Of a DNA stretch of 64,000 nt, positions 12,122-25,300 are shown piece by piece. The stretch comes from Callorhinchus milii (Eukaryota). The notes under the pieces were generated by a model. The model searched no databases and was not told where the DNA came from. It saw only the letters and a list, made by a program, of their open reading frames with translations. The translations under genes and the position numbers were made by a program. The DNA lies in assembly GCF_018977255.1 (NCBI RefSeq), contig NW_024704795.1, forward strand, positions 1-64,000, in the 5' to 3' direction. How positions within the stretch are numbered: position 1 is the stretch's first letter; every line of letters begins with the position of its first letter.

Positions 12122-13343
12122 TGTATAACTGGCCGGGTCTCTGTATAACTCGCCTGGTCTCTGTATAACTGGCAGGGTCTCTGTATAACTGGCCTGGTCT
12201 CTGTATAAAAGGCCTTGTCTCTGTATAACTGGCCTGGTCTCTGTATAACTGGCCTGGTCTCTGTATAAAAGGCCTGGTCTCTGTATAACTGGCCTGGGCT
12301 CTGTATAACAGCCCTGGTCTCTATATAAGAGGTCTGGTCTCTGTATAACAGCCCTGGTCTCTGTATAGCATCCCTTGTGTCTGTATTACTGGCCTGGTTT
12401 CTGTATTACTGGACTGGCGTCTGTATAACAGCCCTGGTCTCTGTAAAGCTGGCCTGGTCTCTGTATTACCGCTCTGGTCTCTGTATTACTGGCCTGGTCT
12501 CTGTATTACTGGCCTGGTCTCTGTATAAGAGGTCTGGTCGCTGTATAAGAGGCCTGGTCTCTGTATTACTGCCCTGGTCTCTGTATAACAGCCGTGGTCT
12601 CTATATAAGAGGTCTGGTCTCTGCATAACAGCCCTGGTCTCTGTATAGCAGCCCTTGTGTCTGTATTACTGGCCTGATCTCTGTACAAGAAGCTTGTTCT
12701 CTGTATAAGAGGCATGGTCTCTAGAGGTCTGGTGTATCAAGCTATAATAATAATCCTTGCATTTAATATGTGCTGCACTGTCATGACTTGATGGCATCTC
12801 AAAGCGCTTCACAGAATATGCTGTTAAATGAATTGACTGTATATTTTGTTGGTGAAATCCGGCAGCCAATGGTGCACAGCAGTGTGCCACAAACAGGAGT
12901 GGAGTGAGTAACCGGATTATTGTTCTTGAAAAGATTTCTTGGTCGGCAATAATACCTTCAAGAAGCAGCAAAACACACAGGCTTTTTCGGATGCACACAC
13001 ACAGCAATATCACTTAGACGTGGAGGTCTCTGGTCTCTGTATAACTCACCTGTTCTCTGTATAACTGGCCGGGTCTCTGTATAACTGGTCTGGTCTCTGT
13101 ATAACTCGCGTGGTCTCTGTATAACTGGCCGGGTCTCTGTATAACTGGCCTGGTCTCTGTATAAAAGGCCTGGTCTCTGTATAACTGGCCTGGTCTCTGT
13201 ATAAAAGGCCTGGTCTCTGTATAACTGGCCTGGGCTCTGTATAACAGCCCTGGTCTCTATATAAGAGGTCTGGTCTCTGTATAACAGCCCTGGTCTCTGT
13301 ATAGCAGCCCTTGTGTCTGTATTACTGGCCTGGTCTCTGTATT
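12122..13343 (-). repeat. 20-bp satellite, minus orientation, containing a SINE at 12744-13015
   Basis: CTGGTCTCTGTAT monomers; reverse complement of ~44630-45860. Confidence 0.95.
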
Positions 13344-16300
13344 ACGCGAGTTATACAGAGACCAGACCAGTTATACAGAGACCCGGCCAGTTATACAGAG
13401 AACAGGTGAGTTATACAGAGACCAGAGACCTCCACGTCTAAGTGATATTGCTGTGTGTGTGCATCCGAAAAAGCCTGTGTGTTTTGCTGCTTCTTGAAGG
13501 TATTATTGCCGACCAAGAAATCTTTTCAAGAACAATAATCCGGTCACTCAATCCACTCCTGTTTGTGACACACTGCTGTGCATCATTGGCTGCCGGATTT
13601 CACCAAAAAAATATACAGTCAATTCATTTAACAGCATATTCTGTGAAGTGCTTTGAGATGCCATCAAGTCATGACAGTGCACTACATATTAAATGCAAGG
13701 ATTATTATTATTATAGCTTGATACACCAGACCTCTTATACAGAGACCAGGCCTCTTATACAGAGAACAAGCTTCTTGTACAGAGACCAGGCCAGTAATAC
13801 AGAGACCAGGGCTGTTATACAGAGACCAGGGCTGTTATACAGAGACCAGACCACTTATATAGAGACCAGGGCTGTTGTACAGAGACCAGAGCAGTAATAC
13901 AGAGACCAGGCCTCTTATACAGAGACCAGGCCAGTAATACAGAGACCAGGCCAGTAATACAGAGACCAGGGCAGTAATACAGAGACCAGGCCTCTTATAC
14001 AGAGACCAGACCTCTTATACAGAGACCAGGCCAGTAATACAGAGACCCGGCCAGTTATACAGAGACCCGGCCAGTTATACAGAGACCCGGCCAGTTATAC
14101 AGAGACCAGGCCAGTTATACAGAGACCAGGTAAGTTATACGGAGACCAGGCCTTTTATACAGAGACCAGGCCTTTTATACAGAGACCAGGCCAGTTATAC
14201 AGAGACCCGGCCAGTTATACAGAGACCAGACCTCTTATATAGAGACCAGGCCTGTTATACAGAGACCAGGCCAGTTATACAGAGACCAGGTCAGTTTTAC
14301 AGAGACCACAGCTGTTATACAGAGACCAGGCCAGTTATTCGGAGACCAGGCCTCTTCAGAGACCAGACCTCTAATACAGAGACAAAGCCAGTCATACAGA
14401 GACCAGAGCAGTAATACAGAGACCAGGCCAGCCTTACAGAGACCAGAGCTGTCATACAGAGACCATGCCAGTTTTACAGAAACCAGGCCAGTTTTACAGA
14501 GACCCGGCCAGTTATACAAAGACCAGGTGAGTTATACAGAGACCAGGCCAGTTATACAGAGACCCGGCCAGTTATACAGAGAACAGGTGAGTTATACAGA
14601 GACCAGGCCAGTTATACAGAGACCAGAGCATTAATATAGAGACCAGGACTCTTATACAGAGACCAGGCCTCTTATAGAGAGACCAGGTCTGTTGTACAGA
14701 GACCCGGGCTGTTATGCAGGGACAAGACCAGTTATACAGAGACTAGAGCATTAACACAGAGACCAGGCCTCTTACACAGAGACGGCGTCTTATACAGAGA
14801 CCAGGCCACTTATACAGAGACCAGGGCTGTTATACAGAGACCAGGCCTCTTATACAGAGACCAGAACTCTAATACAGAGACAAGGCCTGTCATACCGAGA
14901 CCAGAGCAGTAATACAGAAACCAGGCCAGCCTTACAGAGACCAGAGCTGTTATACAAAGGTCAGGCCAGTTTTACAGAAACCAGGCCAGTTTTACAGCGA
15001 CGAGGCTTGTTACACAGAGACCAGGCCAGTTATACAGAGACCAGACCTGTTATACATGGACCAGGCCACTTATACAGAGACCAGGGCTGTTATACAGAGA
15101 CCAGGGCTGTTATACAGAGACCAGGCCAGTTTACAGAGACCAGGCCGTTTATACAGAGACCAGGCCGTTTATACAGAGACCAGGCGAGTTATACAGAGAC
15201 CAGGCGAGTTATACAGAGACCAGGCCTGTTAAACAGAGACCAGGTCTGTTATACAGAGACCAGTTCTGTTATACAGAGACCAGGGCTGTTATACAGAGAC
15301 CAGGCCAGTTATTCGGAGACCAGGCCTGTTATACAGAGACCAGGACAGTTTTACATAGACCAGGCCAGTTATTCGGAGACCAGGCCTCTTATTCAGAGAC
15401 CAGACCTCTAATACAGAGACAAGGCCAGTGATACAGACACCAGAGCAGTAATACAGAGAACAGGCCAGCCTTACAAAGAGCAGAGCTGTTATACAGAGAG
15501 CAGGTCAGTTTTACAGAGACCAGAGCTGTTATACAGAGACCAGGCCAGCTGTACAGTGATCAGGCCTGTTACACTGAGACCAGGCCTGTTATACAGAGAC
15601 CAGGCCTGTTATACAGAGACCAGTCCTTTTATACAGAGACCAGGCCAGTTATACAGAGACCCGGCCAGTTATACAGAGACCAGGTAAGTTATACAGAGAC
15701 CAGGCCTTTTATACAGAGACCAGGCCTTTTATACAGAGACCAGGCCAGTTATACAGAGACCCGGCCAGTTATATAGAGACCAGGCCTGTTATACAGAGAC
15801 CAGGCCTGTTATACAGAGACCAGGCCAGTTATACAGAGACCAGGGCTGTTATACAGAGACCAGGTCAGTTTTACAGAGACCACAGCTGTTATGCAGAGAC
15901 CAGGCCAGTTATTCGGAGACCAGGCCTCTTCAGAGACTAGACCTCTAATACAGAGACAAAGCCAGTCATACAGAGACCAGAGCAGTAATAGAGAGACCAG
16001 GCCAGCCTTACAGAGACCAGAGCTGTCATACAGAGACCATGCCAGTTTTACAGAAACCAGGCCAGTTTTACAGAGACCCGGCCAGTTATACAAAGACCAG
16101 GTCAGTTATACAGAGACCAGGCCAGTTATACAGAGACACGGCCAGTTATACAGAGACGAGATCAGAGCATTAATATAGAGACCAGGACTCTTATACAGAG
16201 ACCAGGCCTCTTATAGAGAGACCAGGTCTGTTGTACAGAGACCCGGGCTGTTATGCAGAGACAAGACCAGTTATACAGAGACTAGAGCATTAACACAGAG

Positions 16301-19300
16301 ACCAGGCCTCTTACACAGAGACGGCGTCTTATACAGAGACCAGGCCACTTATACAGAGACCAGGGCTGTTATACAGAGATCAGGCCTCTTATACAGAGAC
16401 CAGAACTCTAATACAGAGACAAGGCCTGTCATACCGAGACCAGAGCAGTAATACAGAAACCAGGCCAGCCTTACAGAGACCAGAGCTGTTATACAAAGGT
16501 CAGGCCAGTTTTACAGAAACCAGGCCAGTTTTACAGCGACGAGGCTTGTTACACAGAGACCAGGCCAGTTATACAGAGACCAGACCTGTTATACATGGAC
16601 CAGGCCACTTATACAGAGACCAGGGCTGTTATACAGAGACCAGGGCTGTTATACAGAGACCAGGCCAGTTTACAGAAACCAGGCCAGTTTACAGAGACCA
16701 GGCCGTTTATACAGAGACCAGGCCGTTTATACAGAGACCAGGCGAGTTATACAGAGACCAGGCCTGTTAAACAGAGACCAGGCCTGTTAAACAGAGACCA
16801 GGCCTGTTATACAGAGACCAGTTCTGTTATACAGAGACCAGGGCTGTTATACAGAGACCAGGCCAGTTATTCGGAGACCAGGCCTGTTATACAGAGACCA
16901 GGACAGTTATTCGGAGACCAGGCCTCTTATTCAGAGACAAGACCTCTAATACAGAGACAAGGCCAGTGATACAGACACCAGAGCAGTAATACAGAGAACA
17001 GGCCAGCCTTACAAAGAGCAGAGCTGTTATACAGAGAGCAGGTCAGTTTTACAGAGACCAGGGCTGTTATACAGAGACCAGGCCAGTTTACAGAGACCAG
17101 GCCGTTTATACCGAGACCAGGCGAGTTATACAGAGACCAGGCGAGTTATACAGAGACCAGGCCTGTTAAACAGAGACCAGGCCTGTTTTCAGAGACCAGT
17201 TCTGTTATACAGAGACCAGGGCTGTTATACAGAGACCAGGCCAGTTATTCGGAGACCAGGCCAGTTATACAGAGACCAGAGCATTAATATAGAGACCAGG
17301 ACTCTTATACAGAGACCAGGCCTCTTATAGAAGAGACCAGGTCTGTTGTACAAAGACCCGGGCTCGTATGCAGAGACAAGACCAGTTATACAGAGACTAG
17401 AGCATTAACCCAGAGACCAGGCCTCTTACACAGAGACGGCGTCTTATACAGAGACCAGGCCACTTATACAGAGATCAGGGCTGTTATACAGAGACCAGGC
17501 CTCTTATACAGAGACCAGAACTCTAATACAGAGAGAAGGCCTGTCATACCGAGACCAGAGCAGTAATACAGAAACCAGGCCAGCCTTACAGAGACCAGAG
17601 CTGTTATACAAAGATCAGGCCAGTTTTACAGAAACCAGGCCAGTTTTACAGCGACGAGGCTTGTTACACAGAGACCAGGCCAGTTATACAGAGACGAGAC
17701 CTGTTATACATGGACCAGGCCACTTATACAGAGACCAGGGCTGTTATACAGAGACCAGGCCAGTTTACAGAGACCAGGCCGTTTATACAGAGACCAGGCG
17801 AGTTAAACAGAGACCAGGCCTGTTATACAGAGACCAGGCCTGTTATACAGAGACCAGGCCTGTTATACAGAGACCAGGCCAGTTATACAGAGACCAGGCC
17901 AGTTTTACAGAGACCAGGCCAGTTATTCGGAGACCAGGCCTCTTATTCAGAGACCAGACCTCTAATACAGAGACCAGGCCAGTAATACAGAGAACAGAGC
18001 GGTAATACAGAGACCAGGCCAGCTTTACAGAGACCAGGGCTGTTATACAGAGACCAGACGTCTTATATAGAGACCAGGGCTGTTATACAGAGACCAGGCC
18101 TTTTAAAATGAGCCCAGGCCAGTTATTCGGAGACCAGGCCTCTTATTCAGAGACCAGACCTCTAATACAGAGACCAGGCCAGTAATACAGAGAACAGAGC
18201 GGTAATACAGAGACCAGGCCAGCTTTACAGAGACCAGGGCTGTTATACAGAGACCAGACGTCTTATATAGAGACCAGGGCTGTTATACAGAGACCAGGCC
18301 TTTTAAAAAGAGCCCAGTCCAGTTATACAGAGACCAGTCCTTTTATACAGAGACCAGGCCAGTTATACAGAGACCCGGCCAGTTATATAGAGACCAGGCC
18401 TGTTATACAGAGACCAGGCCTGTTATACAGAGACCAGGCCAGTTATACAGAGACCAGGGCTGTTATACAGAGACCAGGTCAGTTTTACAGAGACCACAGC
18501 TGTTATACAGAGACCAGGCCAGTTATTCGGAGACCAGGCCTCTTCAGAGACCAGACCTCTAATGCAGAGACAAAGCCAGTCATACAGAGACCAGAGCAGT
18601 AATAGAGAGACCAGGCCAGCCTTACAGAGACCAGAGCTGTCATACAGAGACCATGCCAGTTTTACAGAAACCAGGCCAGTTTTACAGAGACCCGGCTAGT
18701 TATACAAAGACCAGGTGAGTTACACAGAGACCAGGCCAGTTATACAGAGACCCGGCCAGTTATACAGAGAACAGGTGAGTTATACAGAGACCAGGCCAGT
18801 TATACAGAGACCAGAGCATTAATATAGAGACCAGGACTCTTATACAGAGACCAGGCCTGTTTTTCATGGACCAGGCCACTTATACAGAGACCAGGGCTGT
18901 TATACAGAGACCAGGGCTGTTATACAGAGACCAGGCCAGTTTACAGAGACCAGGCCGTTTATACAGAGACCAGGCGAGTTATACAGAGACCAGGCGAGTT
19001 ATACAGAGACCAGCCCTGTTAAACAGAGACCAGGCCTGTTATACAGAGACCAGTTCTGTTATACAGAGACCAGGGCTGTTATACAGAGACCAGGCCAGTT
19101 ATTCGGAGACCAGGCCTGTTATACAGAGACCAGGACAGTTTTACATAGACCAGGCCAGTTATTCGGAGACCAGGCCTCTTATTCAGAGACCAGACCTGTA
19201 ATACAGAGACAAGGCCAGTGATACAGACACCAGAGCAGTAATACAGAGAACAGGCCAGCCTTACAAAGAGCAGAGCTGTTATACAGAGAGCAGGTCAGTT

Positions 19301-22300
19301 TTACAGAGACCAGAGCTGTTATACAGAGACCAGGCCAGCTGTACAGTGATCAGGCCTGTTACACTGAGACCAGGCCTGTTATACAGAGACCAGGCCTGTT
19401 ATACAGAGACCAGTCCTTTTATACAGAGACCAGGCCAGTTATACAGAGACCCGGCCTGTTATACAGAGACCAGGCCAGTTATACAGAGACCAGGTAAGTT
19501 ATACAGAGACCAGGCCTTTTATACAGAGACCAGGCCTTTTATACAGAGAGCAGGCCAGTTATACAGAGACCCGGCCTGTTATACAGAGACCAGGCCAGTT
19601 ATACAGAGACCAGGCCAGTTTTACAGAGACCAGGCCAGTTATTCGGAGACCAGGCCTCTTATTCAGAGACCAGACCTCTAATACAGAGACCAGGCCAGTA
19701 ATACAGAGAACAGAGCGGTAATACAGAGACCAGGCCAGCTTTACAGAGACCAGGGCTGTTATACAGAGACCAGACGTCTTATATAGAGACCAGGGCTGTT
19801 ATACAGAGACCAGGCCTTTTATAAAGAGCCCAGGCCAGTTATACAGAGACCAGTCCTTTTATACAGAGACCAGTCCTTTTATACAGAGACCAGGCCAGTT
19901 ATACAGAGACCCGGCCAGTTATACAGAGACCCGGCCAGTTATACAGAGACCCGGCCAGTTATACAGAGACCAGGCCAGTTATACGGAGACCAGGCCAGTT
20001 ATACGGAGACCAGGCCAGTTATACAGAGACCAGGCCTTTTATACAGAGACCCGGCCAGTTATACAGAGACCAGGCCTCTTATACAGAGACCAGAACTCTA
20101 ATAGAGAGAGAAGGCCTGTCATACCGAGACCAGAGCAGTAATACAGAAACCAGGCCAGCCTTACAGAGACCAGAGCTGTTATACAGAGATCAGGCCAGTT
20201 TTACAGAAACCAGGCCCGTTTTACAGCGACGAGGCTTGTTACACAGAGACCAGGCCAGTTATACAGAGACCAGACCTGTTTTTCATGGACCAGGCCACTT
20301 ATACAGAGACCAGGGCTGTTATACAGAGACCAGGCCGTTTATACAGAGACCAGGCGAATTATACAGAGACCAGGCGAGTTATACAGAGACCAGGCCTGTT
20401 AAACAGAGACCAGGTCTGTTATACAGAGACCAGTTCTGTTATACAGAGACCAGGGCTGTTATACAGAGACCAGGCCAGTTATTCGGAGACCAGGCCTGTT
20501 ATACAGAGACCAGGACAGTTTTACATAGACCAGGCCAGTTATTCGGAGACCAGTCCTCTTATTCAGAGACCAGACCTGTAATACAGAGACAAGGCCAGTG
20601 ATACAGACACCAGAGCAGTAATACAGAGAACAGGCCAGCCTTACAAAGAGCAGAGCTGTTATACAGAGAGCAGGTCAGTTTTACAGAGACCAGAGCTGTT
20701 ATACAGAGACCAGGCCAGCTGTACAGTGATCAGGCCTGTTACACTGAGACCAGGCCTGTTATACAGAGACCAGGCCTGTTATACAGAGACCAGTCCTTTT
20801 ATACAGAGACCAGGCCAGTTATACAGAGACCCGGCCAGTTATACAGAGACCAGGCCAGTTATACAGAGACCAGGTAAGTTATACAGAGACCAGGCCTTTT
20901 ATACAGAGACCAGGCCTTTTATACAGAGACCAGGCCAGTTATACAGAGACCCGGCCTGTTATACAGAGACCAGGCCAGTTATACAGAGACCAGGCCAGTT
21001 TTACAGAGACCAGGCCAGTTATTCGGAGACCAGGCCTCTTATTCAGAGACCAGACCTCTAATACAGAGACCAGGCCAGTAATACAGAGAACAGAGCGGTA
21101 ATACAGAGACCAGGCCAGCTTTACAGAGACCAGGGCTGTTATACAGAGACCAGATGTCTTATATAGAGACCAGGGCTGTTAGACAGAGACCAGGCCTTTA
21201 AAAAGAGCCCAGGCCAGTTATACAGAGACCAGTCCTTTTATACAGAGACCAGTCCTTTTATACAGAGACCAGGCCAGTTATACAGAGACCCGGCCAGTTA
21301 TACAGAGACCCGGCCAGTTATACAGAGACCCGGCCAGTTATACAGAGACCAGGCCAGTTATACGGAGACCAGGCCAGTTATACGGAGACCAGGCCAGTTA
21401 TACAGAGACCAGGCCTTTTATACAGAGACCCGGCCAGTTATACAGAGACCAGGCCTCTTATACAGAGACCAGAACTCTAATAGAGAGAGAAGGCCTGTCA
21501 TACCGAGACCAGAGCAGTAATACAGAAACCAGGCCAGCCTTACAGAGACAAGAGCTGTTATACAAAGATCAGGCCAGTTTTACAGAAACCAGGCCCGTTT
21601 TACAGCGACGAGGTTTGTTACACAGAGACCAGGCCAGTTATACAGAGACCAGACCTGTTTTTCATGGACCAGGCCACTTATACAGAGACCAGGGCTGTTA
21701 TACAGAGACCAGGGCTGTAATACAGAGACCAGGCCAGTTTACAGAGACCAGGCCGTTTATACAGAGACCAGGCGAATTATACAGAGACCAGGCGAGTTAT
21801 ACAGAGACCAGGCCTGTTAAACAGAGACCAGGCCTGTTATACAGAGACCAGTTCTGTTATACGGAGACCAGGCCTGTTATACAGAGACCAGGCCAGTTAT
21901 ACAGAGACCAGGCCAGTTTTACAGAGACCAGGCCAGTTATTCGGAGACCAGGCCTCTTATTCAGAGACCAGACCTCTAATACAGAGACCAGGCCAGTAAT
22001 ACAGAGAACAGAGCGGTAATACAGAGACCAGGCCAGCTTTACAGAGACCAGGGCTGTTATACAGAGACCAGACGTCTTATATAGAGACCAGGGCTGTTAT
22101 ACAGAGACCAGGCCTTTTAAAATGAGCCCAGGCCAGTTATTCGGAGACCAGGCCTCTTATTCAGAGACCAGACCTCTAATACAGAGACCAGGCCAGTAAT
22201 ACAGAGAACAGAGCGGTAATACAGAGACCAGGCCAGCTTTACAGAGACCAGGGCTGTTATACAGAGACCAGACGTCTTATATAGAGACCAGGGCTGTTAT

Positions 22301-25300
22301 ACAGAGACCAGGCCTTTTAAAAAGAGCCCAGTCCAGTTATACAGAGACCAGTCCTTTTATACAGAGACCAGGCCAGTTATACAGAGACCCGGCCAGTTAT
22401 ATAGAGACCAGGCCTGTTATACAGAGACCAGGCCTGTTATACAGAGACCAGGCCAGTTATACAGAGACCAGGGCTGTTATACAGAGACCAGGTCAGTTTT
22501 ACAGAGACCACAGCTGTTATACAGAGACCAGGCCAGTTATTCGGAGACCAGGCCTCTTCAGAGACCAGACCTCTAATGCAGAGACAAAGCCAGTCATACA
22601 GAGACCAGAGCAGTAATAGAGAGACCAGGCCAGCCTTACAGAGACCAGAGCTGTCATACAGAGACCATGCCAGTTTTACAGAAACCAGGCCAGTTTTACA
22701 GAGACCCGGCTAGTTATACAAAGACCAGGTGAGTTACACAGAGACCAGGCCAGTTATACAGAGACCCGGCCAGTTATACAGAGAACAGGTGAGTTATACA
22801 GAGACCAGGCCAGTTATACAGAGACCAGAGCATTAATATAGAGACCAGGACTCTTATACAGAGACCAGGCCTGTTTTTCATGGACCAGGCCACTTATACA
22901 GAGACCAGGGCTGTTATACAGAGACCAGGGCTGTTATACAGAGACCAGGCCAGTTTACAGAGACCAGGCCGTTTATACAGAGACCAGGCGAGTTATACAG
23001 AGACCAGGCGAGTTATACAGAGACCAGCCCTGTTAAACAGAGACCAGGCCTGTTATACAGAGACCAGTTCTGTTATACAGAGACCAGGGCTGTTATACAG
23101 AGACCAGGCCAGTTATTCGGAGACCAGGCCTGTTATACAGAGACCAGGACAGTTTTACATAGACCAGGCCAGTTATTCGGAGACCAGGCCTCTTATTCAG
23201 AGACCAGACCTGTAATACAGAGACAAGGCCAGTGATACAGACACCAGAGCAGTAATACAGAGAACAGGCCAGCCTTACAAAGAGCAGAGCTGTTATACAG
23301 AGAGCAGGTCAGTTTTACAGAGACCAGAGCTGTTATACAGAGACCAGGCCAGCTGTACAGTGATCAGGCCTGTTACACTGAGACCAGGCCTGTTATACAG
23401 AGACCAGGCCTGTTATACAGAGACCAGTCCTTTTATACAGAGACCAGGCCAGTTATACAGAGACCCGGCCTGTTATACAGAGACCAGGCCAGTTATACAG
23501 AGACCAGGTAAGTTATACAGAGACCAGGCCTTTTATACAGAGACCAGGCCTTTTATACAGAGAGCAGGCCAGTTATACAGAGACCCGGCCTGTTATACAG
23601 AGACCAGGCCAGTTATACAGAGACCAGGCCAGTTTTACAGAGACCAGGCCAGTTATTCGGAGACCAGGCCTCTTATTCAGAGACCAGACCTCTAATACAG
23701 AGACCAGGCCAGTAATACAGAGAACAGAGCGGTAATACAGAGACCAGGCCAGCTTTACAGAGACCAGGGCTGTTATACAGAGACCAGACGTCTTATATAG
23801 AGACCAGGGCTGTTATACAGAGACCAGGCCTTTTATAAAGAGCCCAGGCCAGTTATACAGAGACCAGTCCTTTTATACAGAGACCAGTCCTTTTATACAG
23901 AGACCAGGCCAGTTATACAGAGACCCGGCCAGTTATACAGAGACCCGGCCAGTTATACAGAGACCCGGCCAGTTATACAGAGACCAGGCCAGTTATACGG
24001 AGACCAGGCCAGTTATACGGAGACCAGGCCAGTTATACAGAGACCAGGCCTTTTATACAGAGACCCGGCCAGTTATACAGAGACCAGGCCTCTTATACAG
24101 AGACCAGAACTCTAATAGAGAGAGAAGGCCTGTCATACCGAGACCAGAGCAGTAATACAGAAACCAGGCCAGCCTTACAGAGACCAGAGCTGTTATACAG
24201 AGATCAGGCCAGTTTTACAGAAACCAGGCCCGTTTTACAGCGACGAGGCTTGTTACACAGAGACCAGGCCAGTTATACAGAGACCAGACCTGTTTTTCAT
24301 GGACCAGGCCACTTATACAGAGACCAGGGCTGTTATACAGAGACCAGGCCGTTTATACAGAGACCAGGCGAATTATACAGAGACCAGGCGAGTTATACAG
24401 AGACCAGGCCTGTTAAACAGAGACCAGGTCTGTTATACAGAGACCAGTTCTGTTATACAGAGACCAGGGCTGTTATACAGAGACCAGGCCAGTTATTCGG
24501 AGACCAGGCCTGTTATACAGAGACCAGGACAGTTTTACATAGACCAGGCCAGTTATTCGGAGACCAGTCCTCTTATTCAGAGACCAGACCTGTAATACAG
24601 AGACAAGGCCAGTGATACAGACACCAGAGCAGTAATACAGAGAACAGGCCAGCCTTACAAAGAGCAGAGCTGTTATACAGAGAGCAGGTCAGTTTTACAG
24701 AGACCAGAGCTGTTATACAGAGACCAGGCCAGCTGTACAGTGATCAGGCCTGTTACACTGAGACCAGGCCTGTTATACAGAGACCAGGCCTGTTATACAG
24801 AGACCAGTCCTTTTATACAGAGACCAGGCCAGTTATACAGAGACCCGGCCAGTTATACAGAGACCAGGCCAGTTATACAGAGACCAGGTAAGTTATACAG
24901 AGACCAGGCCTTTTATACAGAGACCAGGCCTTTTATACAGAGACCAGGCCAGTTATACAGAGACCCGGCCTGTTATACAGAGACCAGGCCAGTTATACAG
25001 AGACCAGGCCAGTTTTACAGAGACCAGGCCAGTTATTCGGAGACCAGGCCTCTTATTCAGAGACCAGACCTCTAATACAGAGACCAGGCCAGTAATACAG
25101 AGAACAGAGCGGTAATACAGAGACCAGGCCAGCTTTACAGAGACCAGGGCTGTTATACAGAGACCAGATGTCTTATATAGAGACCAGGGCTGTTAGACAG
25201 AGACCAGGCCTTTAAAAAGAGCCCAGGCCAGTTATACAGAGACCAGTCCTTTTATACAGAGACCAGTCCTTTTATACAGAGACCAGGCCAGTTATACAGA

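Noticed and set aside
15471-15495. Satellite variants (AAAGAGCAGAGCTGT, AGAGCTGTAA) resembling the U7-binding HDE
   Set aside because: These are minority variants with 8-10-nt matches expected by chance among hundreds of AG-rich monomers, and no stem-loop lies upstream.
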